Below, piece by piece: positions 25,564 to 33,670 of a stretch of 64,000 bases of DNA. The notes beneath the pieces were generated by a model that had not been told where the DNA came from, ran no database searches, and saw only the letters and a program-made list of their open reading frames with translations. This DNA comes from a virus (lineage: Duplodnaviria > Caudoviricetes). The first letter of the stretch is position 1; each line of letters begins with the position of its first letter. The translations under genes were made by a program, and so were the position numbers. The stretch is taken from the IMG/VR virus record IMGVR_UViG_3300027969_000040; one strand, given 5' to 3'.

Positions 25564-26034
25564 TTATTCAAACTCGTCACTATCATAATAATCACTAATA
25601 CCATATTCCTCATCCAGTTCGGGGGGTATAGTATCAACTAACTCTTCTTTTGATAAATGACTGTAGTCGTATTGTTGATCGTCACCGTTATCCCAAATAC
25701 CACAAAATCCTATTCCTGGTTCGTAGTAAGTTGCATATACACTAAATCCTTGATCTAGTAATGATTTATACGCCATTAACGGTGGTGCCCATGCACTAGT
25801 AAAACTAAGTGTAATTTTATTTGGAGTCACTTCTAAGAAGCCGTCGTTTTCTCCAATGTCCCATTTAGTACCCCAGTTTTCAATATTCCATGTATACCAA
25901 TTTTCGTTATGTTCCGTTGGTCTTGGAACTAATGTGTTTAAAAATTCACCTTTGGCAAAGGCATTACCGGCACGTTCAATTACTTCTGGGTCGTTATGTT
26001 CTAAAATTAATTTGTTATCACACCAATTTGGCAC
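25564..26034 (-). CDS. DUF1281/Api92-like ferredoxin-fold protein
   Basis: MPNWCDN start, NWGTKWD, FTSAWAPP, YYEPG signatures. Confidence 0.75.
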   Translation of the reverse strand: MPNWCDNKLILEHNDPEVIERAGNAFAKGEFLNTLVPRPTEHNENWYTWNIENWGTKWDIGENDGFLEVTPNKITLSFTSAWAPPLMAYKSLLDQGFSVYATYYEPGIGFCGIWDNGDDQQYDYSHLSKEELVDTIPPELDEEYGISDYYDSDEFE

Positions 26035-26045
26035 AATGGTTCTCC

Positions 26046-26258
26046 TTAGGCAGCAGATTTTTTACGAGATGTCTTAACAGGGGCTTCTACACTTAGTATA
26101 GCAGCCTTTACTTCATTAAGCAAGGCTTCGTCGTCCCATTTTAATTCAGTACGCCCATTTGGAAAAGTTGTAACAGTTAAATGATTTCCTTTAACTATCT
26201 TTACTACATCCAACCCGGTAGCATTGACTACCTCAGATTTCTTTTTTTTAGTTGCCAT
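26046..26258 (-). CDS. Hypothetical protein
   Basis: 70 aa ORF; ELKWDDEAL motif. Confidence 0.55.
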   Translation of the reverse strand: MATKKKKSEVVNATGLDVVKIVKGNHLTVTTFPNGRTELKWDDEALLNEVKAAILSVEAPVKTSRKKSAA

Positions 26259-26664
26259 TTTGTGCTTCCTCTATTTCTTCAATTTTTAATAAATTATGAA
26301 ACCAATACTCTGACCGATCAAACACCCAACCAGAATCATCTAATGATTTATAAATGTCTATTCCAATTAAATTTTTAATTTTAGTTTGTTCCTCACTGCT
26401 GACTTGTGATGGAAACAACCAAGTTGCTGCTGATCCGCTAGCTTTAGGAACAAGCGTTAACAAACTCCAACTATATTCGGTACCTTTTGTTAATTCAATT
26501 CCGTCAATGTTTTCTAAATTCATATCAGGCATAGTATGGTTCCAGCATACAAATTCTGAATATTCAAATGTCTCACGCCGTGAAATAGTCAAACTGCCTT
26601 TATACCAATATTGCTGCTCAATTATTTTGTTTTTGTATTGAGGTGATATTTTCCATTTTTTCAT
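26248..26664 (-). CDS. Hypothetical protein
   Basis: 138 aa ORF, ATGA-coupled to folE. Confidence 0.6.
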   Translation of the reverse strand: MKKWKISPQYKNKIIEQQYWYKGSLTISRRETFEYSEFVCWNHTMPDMNLENIDGIELTKGTEYSWSLLTLVPKASGSAATWLFPSQVSSEEQTKIKNLIGIDIYKSLDDSGWVFDRSEYWFHNLLKIEEIEEAQNGN

Positions 26665-27371
26665 CGCGGCGCAAACTCCTGCTGTAGTTTGATGTTATCA
26701 AAAAACTCCTTCTTGGTGCTTTGATCTGTTTGAAATGCACCTCGAAGCACAGTAGTTTGAGTTAGACTGCTATGTGCCATGATACCACGATTCTCACAGC
26801 ATCCATGTGTAGCTTGGATATAAACACCTAGGTCTGTTGCTCCTGTAGCTTTTTGGATTTCTCTAGCAATGTCATTGGCCAGTTCTTCCTGCAAAGTACC
26901 ACGACGAGCGCACCAATGAGCAATACGAGTGTACTTAGACAAACCAATGAGCTTTTCTGCGGCGATAATCCCAATATAAGCGATACCAGATACAGGCTGG
27001 TGATGATGGCTACACATACTGCGTAGTTCACTTCTAACCACAAGCATGCCTTCGTATCTATCTGCTGAATCATTTGGAAAAGCCGTTGCATTCGGTGCTG
27101 GTTCATATCTACCTTCCATAATTTCATTAAAATACATTTTAGCTAATCGACGTGCAGTACCTTTACTATTAGGATCTGTTTCACGATCAATTAATAATCT
27201 ATCCAGTACAGTTTCAAATGCTAGTGTAGCTTCGTCAATTAAAATGTCTTTATCCAATCCGCTGATATATTCGCTAATATTATCGCCTGCCCAGAATCGT
27301 TTGTTATCGCGTTTCATCTTAGAGCGAATATGATCGCCGAGATAAATTTCTTTGTTGTCTGTTTCACTCAT
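26661..27371 (-). CDS. folE: GTP cyclohydrolase I
   Basis: TARRLAKMY, SMCSHH (Zn ligands), IGLSKYTRI, RRGTLQEEL, HGC, RG. Confidence 0.95.
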   Translation of the reverse strand: MSETDNKEIYLGDHIRSKMKRDNKRFWAGDNISEYISGLDKDILIDEATLAFETVLDRLLIDRETDPNSKGTARRLAKMYFNEIMEGRYEPAPNATAFPNDSADRYEGMLVVRSELRSMCSHHHQPVSGIAYIGIIAAEKLIGLSKYTRIAHWCARRGTLQEELANDIAREIQKATGATDLGVYIQATHGCCENRGIMAHSSLTQTTVLRGAFQTDQSTKKEFFDNIKLQQEFAPR

Positions 27372-27415
27372 TTTATTTTTTCTCCGATGTTAAGGCAGAG
27401 GATTGCCATGTTTGT

Positions 27416-27445
27416 ATTATATATTATTTAGACCAACAGAGTCAA
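27416..27445 (-). promoter_or_regulatory. sigma70-type promoter TTGACT-N18-TATAAT for folE
   Basis: Read directly on the minus strand. Confidence 0.6.
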
Positions 27446-27448
27446 TAA

Positions 27449-28417
27449 TTATGATAGGGTTTTTTGCCATTGCCATGCAGTGGCAACAATATTTTCAATG
27501 GTACTATTACGTGGTCGCCATGAGGTTAATGTTTTAAATTTTATACTTTCAGCTACAAGTTTATCTGGATCTCCCTCTCGACGAGGACCAATTTCTACAT
27601 CAATTTTTTCTCCGACTGTTTGACTACAGGCATTAATAATTTCTTTATTACTATACCCATGTCCGGTTCCTAAATTATATGCTTCGAATCTTCCAGGATT
27701 AAAACTTTCAGCTAAACATACAGATTCTAAATGTGCCTGCGCGATATCAGTTACATGCAAATAATCGCGTATGCAAGTGCCATCTGCGGTATCATAATCA
27801 TTTCCGTTTAATACAAATGATTTCTTATTTTGATATGCACCTAATATCCGAGGAATTATATGTGTTGCATCAATAGTATGACCTAATGCTCCACTGGCAT
27901 CTGCACCGCATGCATTAAAATAACGCAATGCAATGCCTTTATATCCATGTGCATTGCAATGATCTGCAATAACTTGTTCGCACATGAGTTTACTCCAACC
28001 ATATGGGTTCATTGGCTCTTGGTCCGACGACTCGCTAATAGGATTAGAGCAGTAATTACCGTATGTAGCGGCACTACTACTAAAAACAATTTTGCCGGGC
28101 CAACCATGCAATTGATCTAACAAAATGTTGGTTTTTGATACATTATTATTATAATATTCGCCGGGATTAGTCATGCTAGGGCCTACCAGGCTTGTACCAG
28201 CACAATGTATAATAGCATCGGCATTGTTTGTTTTTGCAGCAGTTGCAGCAACATCAGTGTAGTCGGCTATTAACATATTGTCTATGTAATGTGCAGCTTC
28301 TGGTATAGTTATAGTGCGGTCAACACCAATAACGTAGTACCCTGCTTCTTTAAAAGTCTTAGCAGTATGACTACCAATAAATCCAAATGCACCAGTAATT
28401 ACAACTCTTTTGCTCAT
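27449..28417 (-). CDS. galE: UDP-glucose 4-epimerase (extended SDR)
   Basis: GAFGFIGSH, FSSSAATYG, YGWSK (YxxxK), LRYFNACGA, IRDYLHVTD, YNLGTG, RREGDP. Confidence 0.92.
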   Translation of the reverse strand: MSKRVVITGAFGFIGSHTAKTFKEAGYYVIGVDRTITIPEAAHYIDNMLIADYTDVAATAAKTNNADAIIHCAGTSLVGPSMTNPGEYYNNNVSKTNILLDQLHGWPGKIVFSSSAATYGNYCSNPISESSDQEPMNPYGWSKLMCEQVIADHCNAHGYKGIALRYFNACGADASGALGHTIDATHIIPRILGAYQNKKSFVLNGNDYDTADGTCIRDYLHVTDIAQAHLESVCLAESFNPGRFEAYNLGTGHGYSNKEIINACSQTVGEKIDVEIGPRREGDPDKLVAESIKFKTLTSWRPRNSTIENIVATAWQWQKTLS

Positions 28418-28418
28418 A

Positions 28419-29597
28419 TCAATATTTTGTTTCGTGTGTATGCTTACGATAGTCGGTACTCATGCGCAACCACTTGTTACCTTTGCCTTCTAGTATATCA
28501 CATATGCGATCAATAGTACCGTCATTCCAATCACTAATCAATCCCTGACTTACATGATGATATCCTAGCAAATCTTCTAGCTTGGCAATAGCATCGTCGA
28601 GACTCCAAGGTATATACATTCGAGTATAGTCGTTAGCAAAGGTCTCAGGGAAACTGCGATAAGCAGGGTAAAGTACATTACAACCAAGAGTGTCCGCTTC
28701 TGATACAGTGTTTGAGACCCAATCTTGTAAAGCGCAATTAAAAAGCACACGAGTGTCATTAAGGAGACTGTAGTAGTCATTCTTTTCCAAGTCCTCATAG
28801 ATAGTAAGCATACCACGTGCTTGTAGATCGCGTGTACGTGCCATGTAGCTGTCGTTATTGCTCTTTAATTTTGCACCACTAAAGATACAAAACTCTACTG
28901 GATGATTTGGATATTGAGTATGCCATGATTCGATGAGATCCATGTAGAAGTCTGGCTGCTTCTCTTGATCCCAACGTGCAGCAAAGCCCACACGCATAGC
29001 ACGATCACCAAATTCTTTTAACTCGCCAGGTACACGAGCACGTACTTCGTCCTTGCCAAATGCTAGGCCTGAAATATTGTAGATTGGTGCCTGCCAACCT
29101 GCAATCTTCATGTGCATTACCATTTCTTCATTAGTTGCGAGTACTCCGTCCACAAACGAGTCCACCATTTTTTCATAATGAGCCATCCAAGTTGACATAC
29201 CCCACACATGTACAAAATCATCAGGATCAATAGACTGGGCAAGACAACGAACAAAAATACGAGGACGGTGGTTAGCAGGGATTTGATTGAGGATATAAGG
29301 AAGGCTCTCCATACCGGGCTGAAACATGTCCTCAAAATAGACCACATCTTCATTGTTTAATTCTCCTGCTTTCATCATCTTAATCAGATTCATTAACTGA
29401 CTCATACCAAAGTATGTGCGTCCGTGTGCATCTAATACTTGTCCGGTTACAATTGCTTGGTCATTACTGAGTGTTTCGCCGGGTACTATAACATAGTCAA
29501 TGCCGCGTTGTTCGAACACAGCACGATTCCACTCTTGTAGTTGCAAAGTATATCTTGCTTTATAAGGTTCAAGACCCATGTAGTAGAGTTTACGCAT
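28419..29597 (-). CDS. GT-B fold glycosyltransferase (GT4-like)
   Basis: Start MRKLYYMG at 29597; FAARWDQEK, ALQDWVSNTVSEADTLGCNVLYP (E-x7-E-like sugar-nucleotide motif). Confidence 0.75.
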   Translation of the reverse strand: MRKLYYMGLEPYKARYTLQLQEWNRAVFEQRGIDYVIVPGETLSNDQAIVTGQVLDAHGRTYFGMSQLMNLIKMMKAGELNNEDVVYFEDMFQPGMESLPYILNQIPANHRPRIFVRCLAQSIDPDDFVHVWGMSTWMAHYEKMVDSFVDGVLATNEEMVMHMKIAGWQAPIYNISGLAFGKDEVRARVPGELKEFGDRAMRVGFAARWDQEKQPDFYMDLIESWHTQYPNHPVEFCIFSGAKLKSNNDSYMARTRDLQARGMLTIYEDLEKNDYYSLLNDTRVLFNCALQDWVSNTVSEADTLGCNVLYPAYRSFPETFANDYTRMYIPWSLDDAIAKLEDLLGYHHVSQGLISDWNDGTIDRICDILEGKGNKWLRMSTDYRKHTHETKY

Positions 29598-29608
29598 GAT
29601 ATTCCTTA

Positions 29609-29851
29609 TTAACGAGCATCGTTTCCATAACGACGTCCTTGACGTATCATCCATCCCCAGTTGTCACGAGGCCAGCGTCCATTCTGGAAACGTAGATAGT
29701 CTCCAAATGGGCTATACTCATTACCCAGATGGGCTTCGTTAAACGGAAAACCATAATCCGCACAAAATTTGCGATACTTATCGAGGTCGTCAAAAATACG
29801 ACTCACTTCTGGTTTCATGACAAAATATTTTTTAAGTTGATGATTAGACAT
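29609..29851 (-). CDS. Conserved hypothetical protein
   Basis: Start MSNHQL with AAGGA RBS. Confidence 0.6.
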   Translation of the reverse strand: MSNHQLKKYFVMKPEVSRIFDDLDKYRKFCADYGFPFNEAHLGNEYSPFGDYLRFQNGRWPRDNWGWMIRQGRRYGNDAR

Positions 29852-29871
29852 AATATAATCCTTTAATAAAG

Positions 29872-30321
29872 TTAAACAGAAATTTGTTTGGCACTGTAGC
29901 GATGGTAAAAAATATTGCAACCGTTCTCTCCATCTTCGGAGACTTCAATTTCTATATCTCTATCTGGGTATCGAGTAGCAATAACTTGATATAGTTCATC
30001 ACTAATCATTTCGCAGCTTTTATGATCTAGTTGTAGTGAATCTTTGTACAAGTTTTCAATCCAACGTTTAAATTGAATAAATTCAATATCACGATCGGCA
30101 TGAAATACTTGGATAGAAACTTTAAAGTGAAATATATGACGATGCGGAAATCCTAGGAAACTCACATCATATTCATCACCGGTTGCCAATGTTGGATCGG
30201 TTGCTGCTGCTGGATACATATGGATACCTTCTTTACGGAAGGTGATCCAAATTAATCTCTTTGCTCGGTCGGCGATACGATTTCTTTTTTCTGCTAGTGC
30301 AGTTTCGGTTTGTGTAAACAT
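29872..30321 (-). CDS. dpdL: QueD-paralog T-fold protein, DpdL-like (putative CDG decarboxylase)
   Basis: LGFPHRHIF matches the LxxxHRHxF signature; DIEFI.FK, SCEMIS, VSEDGENG T-fold motifs; lies in the deazaguanine locus. Confidence 0.6.
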   Translation of the reverse strand: MFTQTETALAEKRNRIADRAKRLIWITFRKEGIHMYPAAATDPTLATGDEYDVSFLGFPHRHIFHFKVSIQVFHADRDIEFIQFKRWIENLYKDSLQLDHKSCEMISDELYQVIATRYPDRDIEIEVSEDGENGCNIFYHRYSAKQISV

Positions 30322-30353
30322 CTTTATTAAATAAAGTTAGTTGATAGATATGC

Positions 30354-30382
30354 AGTATACACTGCGGCGATAACAAAGTCAA
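30354..30382 (-). promoter_or_regulatory. sigma70-type promoter TTGACT-N17-TATACT upstream of the dpdL-like gene
   Basis: Read directly on the minus strand. Confidence 0.7.
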
Positions 30383-30392
30383 CGACTTTGAA

Positions 30393-30899
30393 TTATAATA
30401 CAGAGTCTTTGGTGTATTCCCGCCAGCTGGTAAAGTTAGCAGGGTTGGTTAAAGAGTGTAGGCTGTGACACCATACACCGGGATTAGTGGCATCAAAATC
30501 TTTGTCATCAATTTTGACAGTGGCATTATATCCCAGCTGTTGCAAGTAGGGTATCTTAACCGATATCATTGGGATAAAGTTGTGATACTCAGTAAGGCCG
30601 CACTCTAGTAGGCCTTCTACAGATCGAACATCAATATCCAATGAGCATAAGTAACCTGCTCTCAGGAACGGTGTAATCATATCTTGCCACTGGTCCCAGG
30701 TGCCGGCATCGTTAACATCGGGATTGGGAAAACTCATGTTAGCACCAAAGTAAATATGCTCACATCCGTTAATGTGTTGGGCAATATCATCTTCGGTTTG
30801 TACTCCGACTACAAACAGGGTTTTCTTGCCGTACGCAGGAGTACGCTCAATTTCAATGCCGTAGAAGAAACTTACTTCTTCGTGACCTTCTCTAATCAT
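30393..30899 (-). CDS. Conserved hypothetical protein coupled to dpdA
   Basis: 168 aa ORF, ATGA overlap with the dpdA stop; GIEIERTPAYGKKTLFVVG, HIYFGAN, NPGVWCH motifs. Confidence 0.65.
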   Translation of the reverse strand: MIREGHEEVSFFYGIEIERTPAYGKKTLFVVGVQTEDDIAQHINGCEHIYFGANMSFPNPDVNDAGTWDQWQDMITPFLRAGYLCSLDIDVRSVEGLLECGLTEYHNFIPMISVKIPYLQQLGYNATVKIDDKDFDATNPGVWCHSLHSLTNPANFTSWREYTKDSVL

Positions 30900-32527
30900 G
30901 ATACTTCCTTTTCTTCAAACAAATCATTAAACTTTGTGCGACCGTTAAGGGCCTTCTTACCGATGAATCCACGACCGCCAATAATATCCATCCAATAGTT
31001 ACGGTAGTGTTGTATAATAGCTTCTGATTCTTCTCTAACATCCGTAGCAAAGATAGCATCTACTATGTCTTTGAACATTTCATAATCGCCATTGTTTTTA
31101 CGCATCATACCAGGATACTCGCCTGCATCGTATGTTCTATTAGCACGTTGTACAGCTTCGATATGTGTCCATACGTTATGACCCATTAGTAGTGCATAAC
31201 TAAAACTATCCCAGCTAGTTTTGCCTTCTTTGCCATTTTTATTTACATCACCCGGCTTATAGTAACAGATGTCTTTCATTTTAAGCAGGCTACTGATAGG
31301 GCTTTCGTCAAAGTGGTTGACCCACTTTTCTTGTACAGCAGTAACACCATAGGGTCTTAGATCAGTTGCATACTTCTTATCATCTACAATAGGACTCATA
31401 CGATAACACCATTTACCTTCGTGCGGCAAATCAATCTCATGATATACTTGTCCATTGGCAGTAGCTAAGAATGGGCTGGCGCAATCAAAGCTGATAGTAA
31501 AGGCTGGATTGACGTACTTTCTGACAGCTCTTTGTATGTCAGTTAACAATACTGCCCACTCTAATTTGCTAGTACCCAAGAAGTGCATCCAATCATGTAC
31601 ACCTTCTTGCAGCAAGTTGTCGTGGCGTAATGCTATTAATCTTTTTAGTATAAGATGCACATCACACATATTCTGTCCGCCCATTGCCCAACCATCAAAG
31701 TGTTTATCTGGATAGACTGTGGGATCACAAAATACTTTCATAGCCTGATACCAATCCTCGGCACTGGTATGATTATCACCTTGCAATACATTTAAGTATT
31801 TTGCACCACCGTTGTTCTTGCCACGGCGATGACGCATAAAGTATTCGTTATTGTATTTTGTTGCAGCAACCGCCTCTGGCAAGGTAGTAATACCGCAGGC
31901 ATTGCTGGCTTTCTTGTCATGAATAACCCAAGTTGGGATATCCAAGATCATTCCATAATCGGAAATACTGTCTAACCAAGTAAGCACGCCGCCGCGTTTC
32001 TTTTGTGCTGCATCAATTTTATCTTGATACAGTTTGGCGTGATTGATGTTAACAGTCTTTGGTACACCTTTTTTCATTACAGGATTGCCAGCTTTGTCTA
32101 GTACAGGGCGCACTTCGATGCCCAGTGCCTGCATAGCTGCCATTTTCTGTGTAACTTCTGGGCCATTAGGGTCACGCCACTCGCCTTCCCACAAGCCCTT
32201 GGCAATCTGAAATCCGCCCGAATCACCTAACATAAAAGTGCCAGGCTTGCGATTACGAACCATGTCCTCACTGGCGTCTGGTTTATTCAGATCCAAATTA
32301 GCATGACCTGCACTATACAAACTCCACCGATAAGGAAACAAACCCTTCTGGTCATCTAACCAATTCATCTGCTCCATGTCTGTCAGACCTTGGGGAAAAC
32401 GTGCAGGGTCTACGTAGTCATTATTGACACGTTGCTTTCCCACAAAAGTAGCATAGAAACCTGATATAGCTGGTAAGAATACAGCATAATCGTTTTGTTT
32501 TGCGGTTAAATTATCCTGCGACATCAT
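30896..32527 (-). CDS. dpdA: tRNA-guanine transglycosylase-like DNA base-exchange enzyme (DpdA family)
   Basis: TGT barrel motifs GDSGGFQ, LD.P, LNVLQG, DGWAMGG, HFLG, SFD in register; located with folE/queD/queE. Confidence 0.75.
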   Translation of the reverse strand: MMSQDNLTAKQNDYAVFLPAISGFYATFVGKQRVNNDYVDPARFPQGLTDMEQMNWLDDQKGLFPYRWSLYSAGHANLDLNKPDASEDMVRNRKPGTFMLGDSGGFQIAKGLWEGEWRDPNGPEVTQKMAAMQALGIEVRPVLDKAGNPVMKKGVPKTVNINHAKLYQDKIDAAQKKRGGVLTWLDSISDYGMILDIPTWVIHDKKASNACGITTLPEAVAATKYNNEYFMRHRRGKNNGGAKYLNVLQGDNHTSAEDWYQAMKVFCDPTVYPDKHFDGWAMGGQNMCDVHLILKRLIALRHDNLLQEGVHDWMHFLGTSKLEWAVLLTDIQRAVRKYVNPAFTISFDCASPFLATANGQVYHEIDLPHEGKWCYRMSPIVDDKKYATDLRPYGVTAVQEKWVNHFDESPISSLLKMKDICYYKPGDVNKNGKEGKTSWDSFSYALLMGHNVWTHIEAVQRANRTYDAGEYPGMMRKNNGDYEMFKDIVDAIFATDVREESEAIIQHYRNYWMDIIGGRGFIGKKALNGRTKFNDLFEEKEVS

Positions 32528-32876
32528 AATCTCTTGTTAATGCCAATAGCAAATCTAATTTACTTTTAGCTTGTTCCACTTCTTCGATGGCACCTACTAG
32601 CTGTGGATACTGATCTTTAAGCAATTCTATATCACGTTCTTGCTGCATCTTGTACTGGGCCCACTCTATAGCCTCTTGTGCTTGATTACCAAGTCCCACG
32701 GTGGCATAGCTGGTGTTCATGACAATCCAATTTGCGCCATTAAACACCTCCATGTTTGTACCGTTAATACGAAGCATACCTTGTGCGGGATTACTTGAAT
32801 TGGTACTAATATAAGGCACAGAGGTATCACCCCCTGTAACTATTACATGCTTCTCACCCATGAGACCTTTTATCAT
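32511..32876 (-). CDS. Conserved hypothetical protein
   Basis: 121 aa ORF, ATGA-coupled to the clamp gene. Confidence 0.6.
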   Translation of the reverse strand: MIKGLMGEKHVIVTGGDTSVPYISTNSSNPAQGMLRINGTNMEVFNGANWIVMNTSYATVGLGNQAQEAIEWAQYKMQQERDIELLKDQYPQLVGAIEEVEQAKSKLDLLLALTRDYDVAG

Positions 32877-33604
32877 TTTGTCATTGCGGGTATAGTATAA
32901 TTATAAACAGCAATGCCAGAATCGACTGTGATCTGTGCTGCACCTTCATCGCTAAAACGCATAGTTTTATCGCCCGGCAAACCTAAAATGTTTTTAACAA
33001 CATTAACAGGCCATGGCCAACCTCTTGTTAAATTGCCTGAGATATTAGTTTCAAATACAAAGCTACCTGCATGGGTACTGTTGTCACCAAAATAGAATTT
33101 AAGATCCTTACCTTCTACTTTAGCAATAAATGTTGTTTCTTCGCTATTAGCCTGGCTTTGAAATACAAATCGTTGTATACCTAACACAGTAGGAGCAACA
33201 TCGACACCCCATTTAACATCTTTAAATTTCATTGTTTTGATCTTGTCGTTAACAATAGATGCACCCATAAAGCGATAGTCGTTTTTAAAGTCTCCTACTT
33301 TATTTTCAAAGTGGATGCCAGATGGTACTGCGGCACCATTAACAGTTTGTCTGCTAATACTAATTTGTGCATCTTCCTTGTATTCGGGAATATTTAAAAT
33401 AGTGTTTAGTTTGCCCAAGTTAGGCATTCCAAACTGTCCAATGAACTCTGCCACTGGACCATGAAAGGTAGCATCAAGAATAACACTTTTGTCTTCTGCA
33501 ATAGCGTTAACAAGAGTTTCTTCTTCTGTACCTGTAATTTTAATTAAGTCAATCACACCCAGGTTGTGTGTGTGCTTGACCATATCTAATAGTGCGTCTT
33601 TCAT
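32873..33604 (-). CDS. DNA polymerase sliding clamp (gp45/PCNA-like)
   Basis: 243 aa with two-fold beta/alpha pattern (FGMPNLGKL, DFKNDYRFM), next to the DNA polymerase; a clamp loader is present at 59861. Confidence 0.65.
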   Translation of the reverse strand: MKDALLDMVKHTHNLGVIDLIKITGTEEETLVNAIAEDKSVILDATFHGPVAEFIGQFGMPNLGKLNTILNIPEYKEDAQISISRQTVNGAAVPSGIHFENKVGDFKNDYRFMGASIVNDKIKTMKFKDVKWGVDVAPTVLGIQRFVFQSQANSEETTFIAKVEGKDLKFYFGDNSTHAGSFVFETNISGNLTRGWPWPVNVVKNILGLPGDKTMRFSDEGAAQITVDSGIAVYNYTIPAMTK

Positions 33605-33670
33605 AGTGGTTCCTTATAATAGTTGATATAATACATGATATATTTAGATTTTGCAAACGTTTCGATGAAA

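Noticed and set aside
27372-27412. Canonical preQ1-I riboswitch
   Set aside because: The stem is 4 bp with a 6-nt loop and no A-rich 3' tail; it does not match the class I consensus as I know it.
30896-32527. Ordinary queuosine tRNA pathway (host-derived tgt)
   Set aside because: No queC, queF or queA nearby; the protein is much longer and more divergent than bacterial Tgt and is linked to the DNA polymerase. A DNA target is more plausible though untested.
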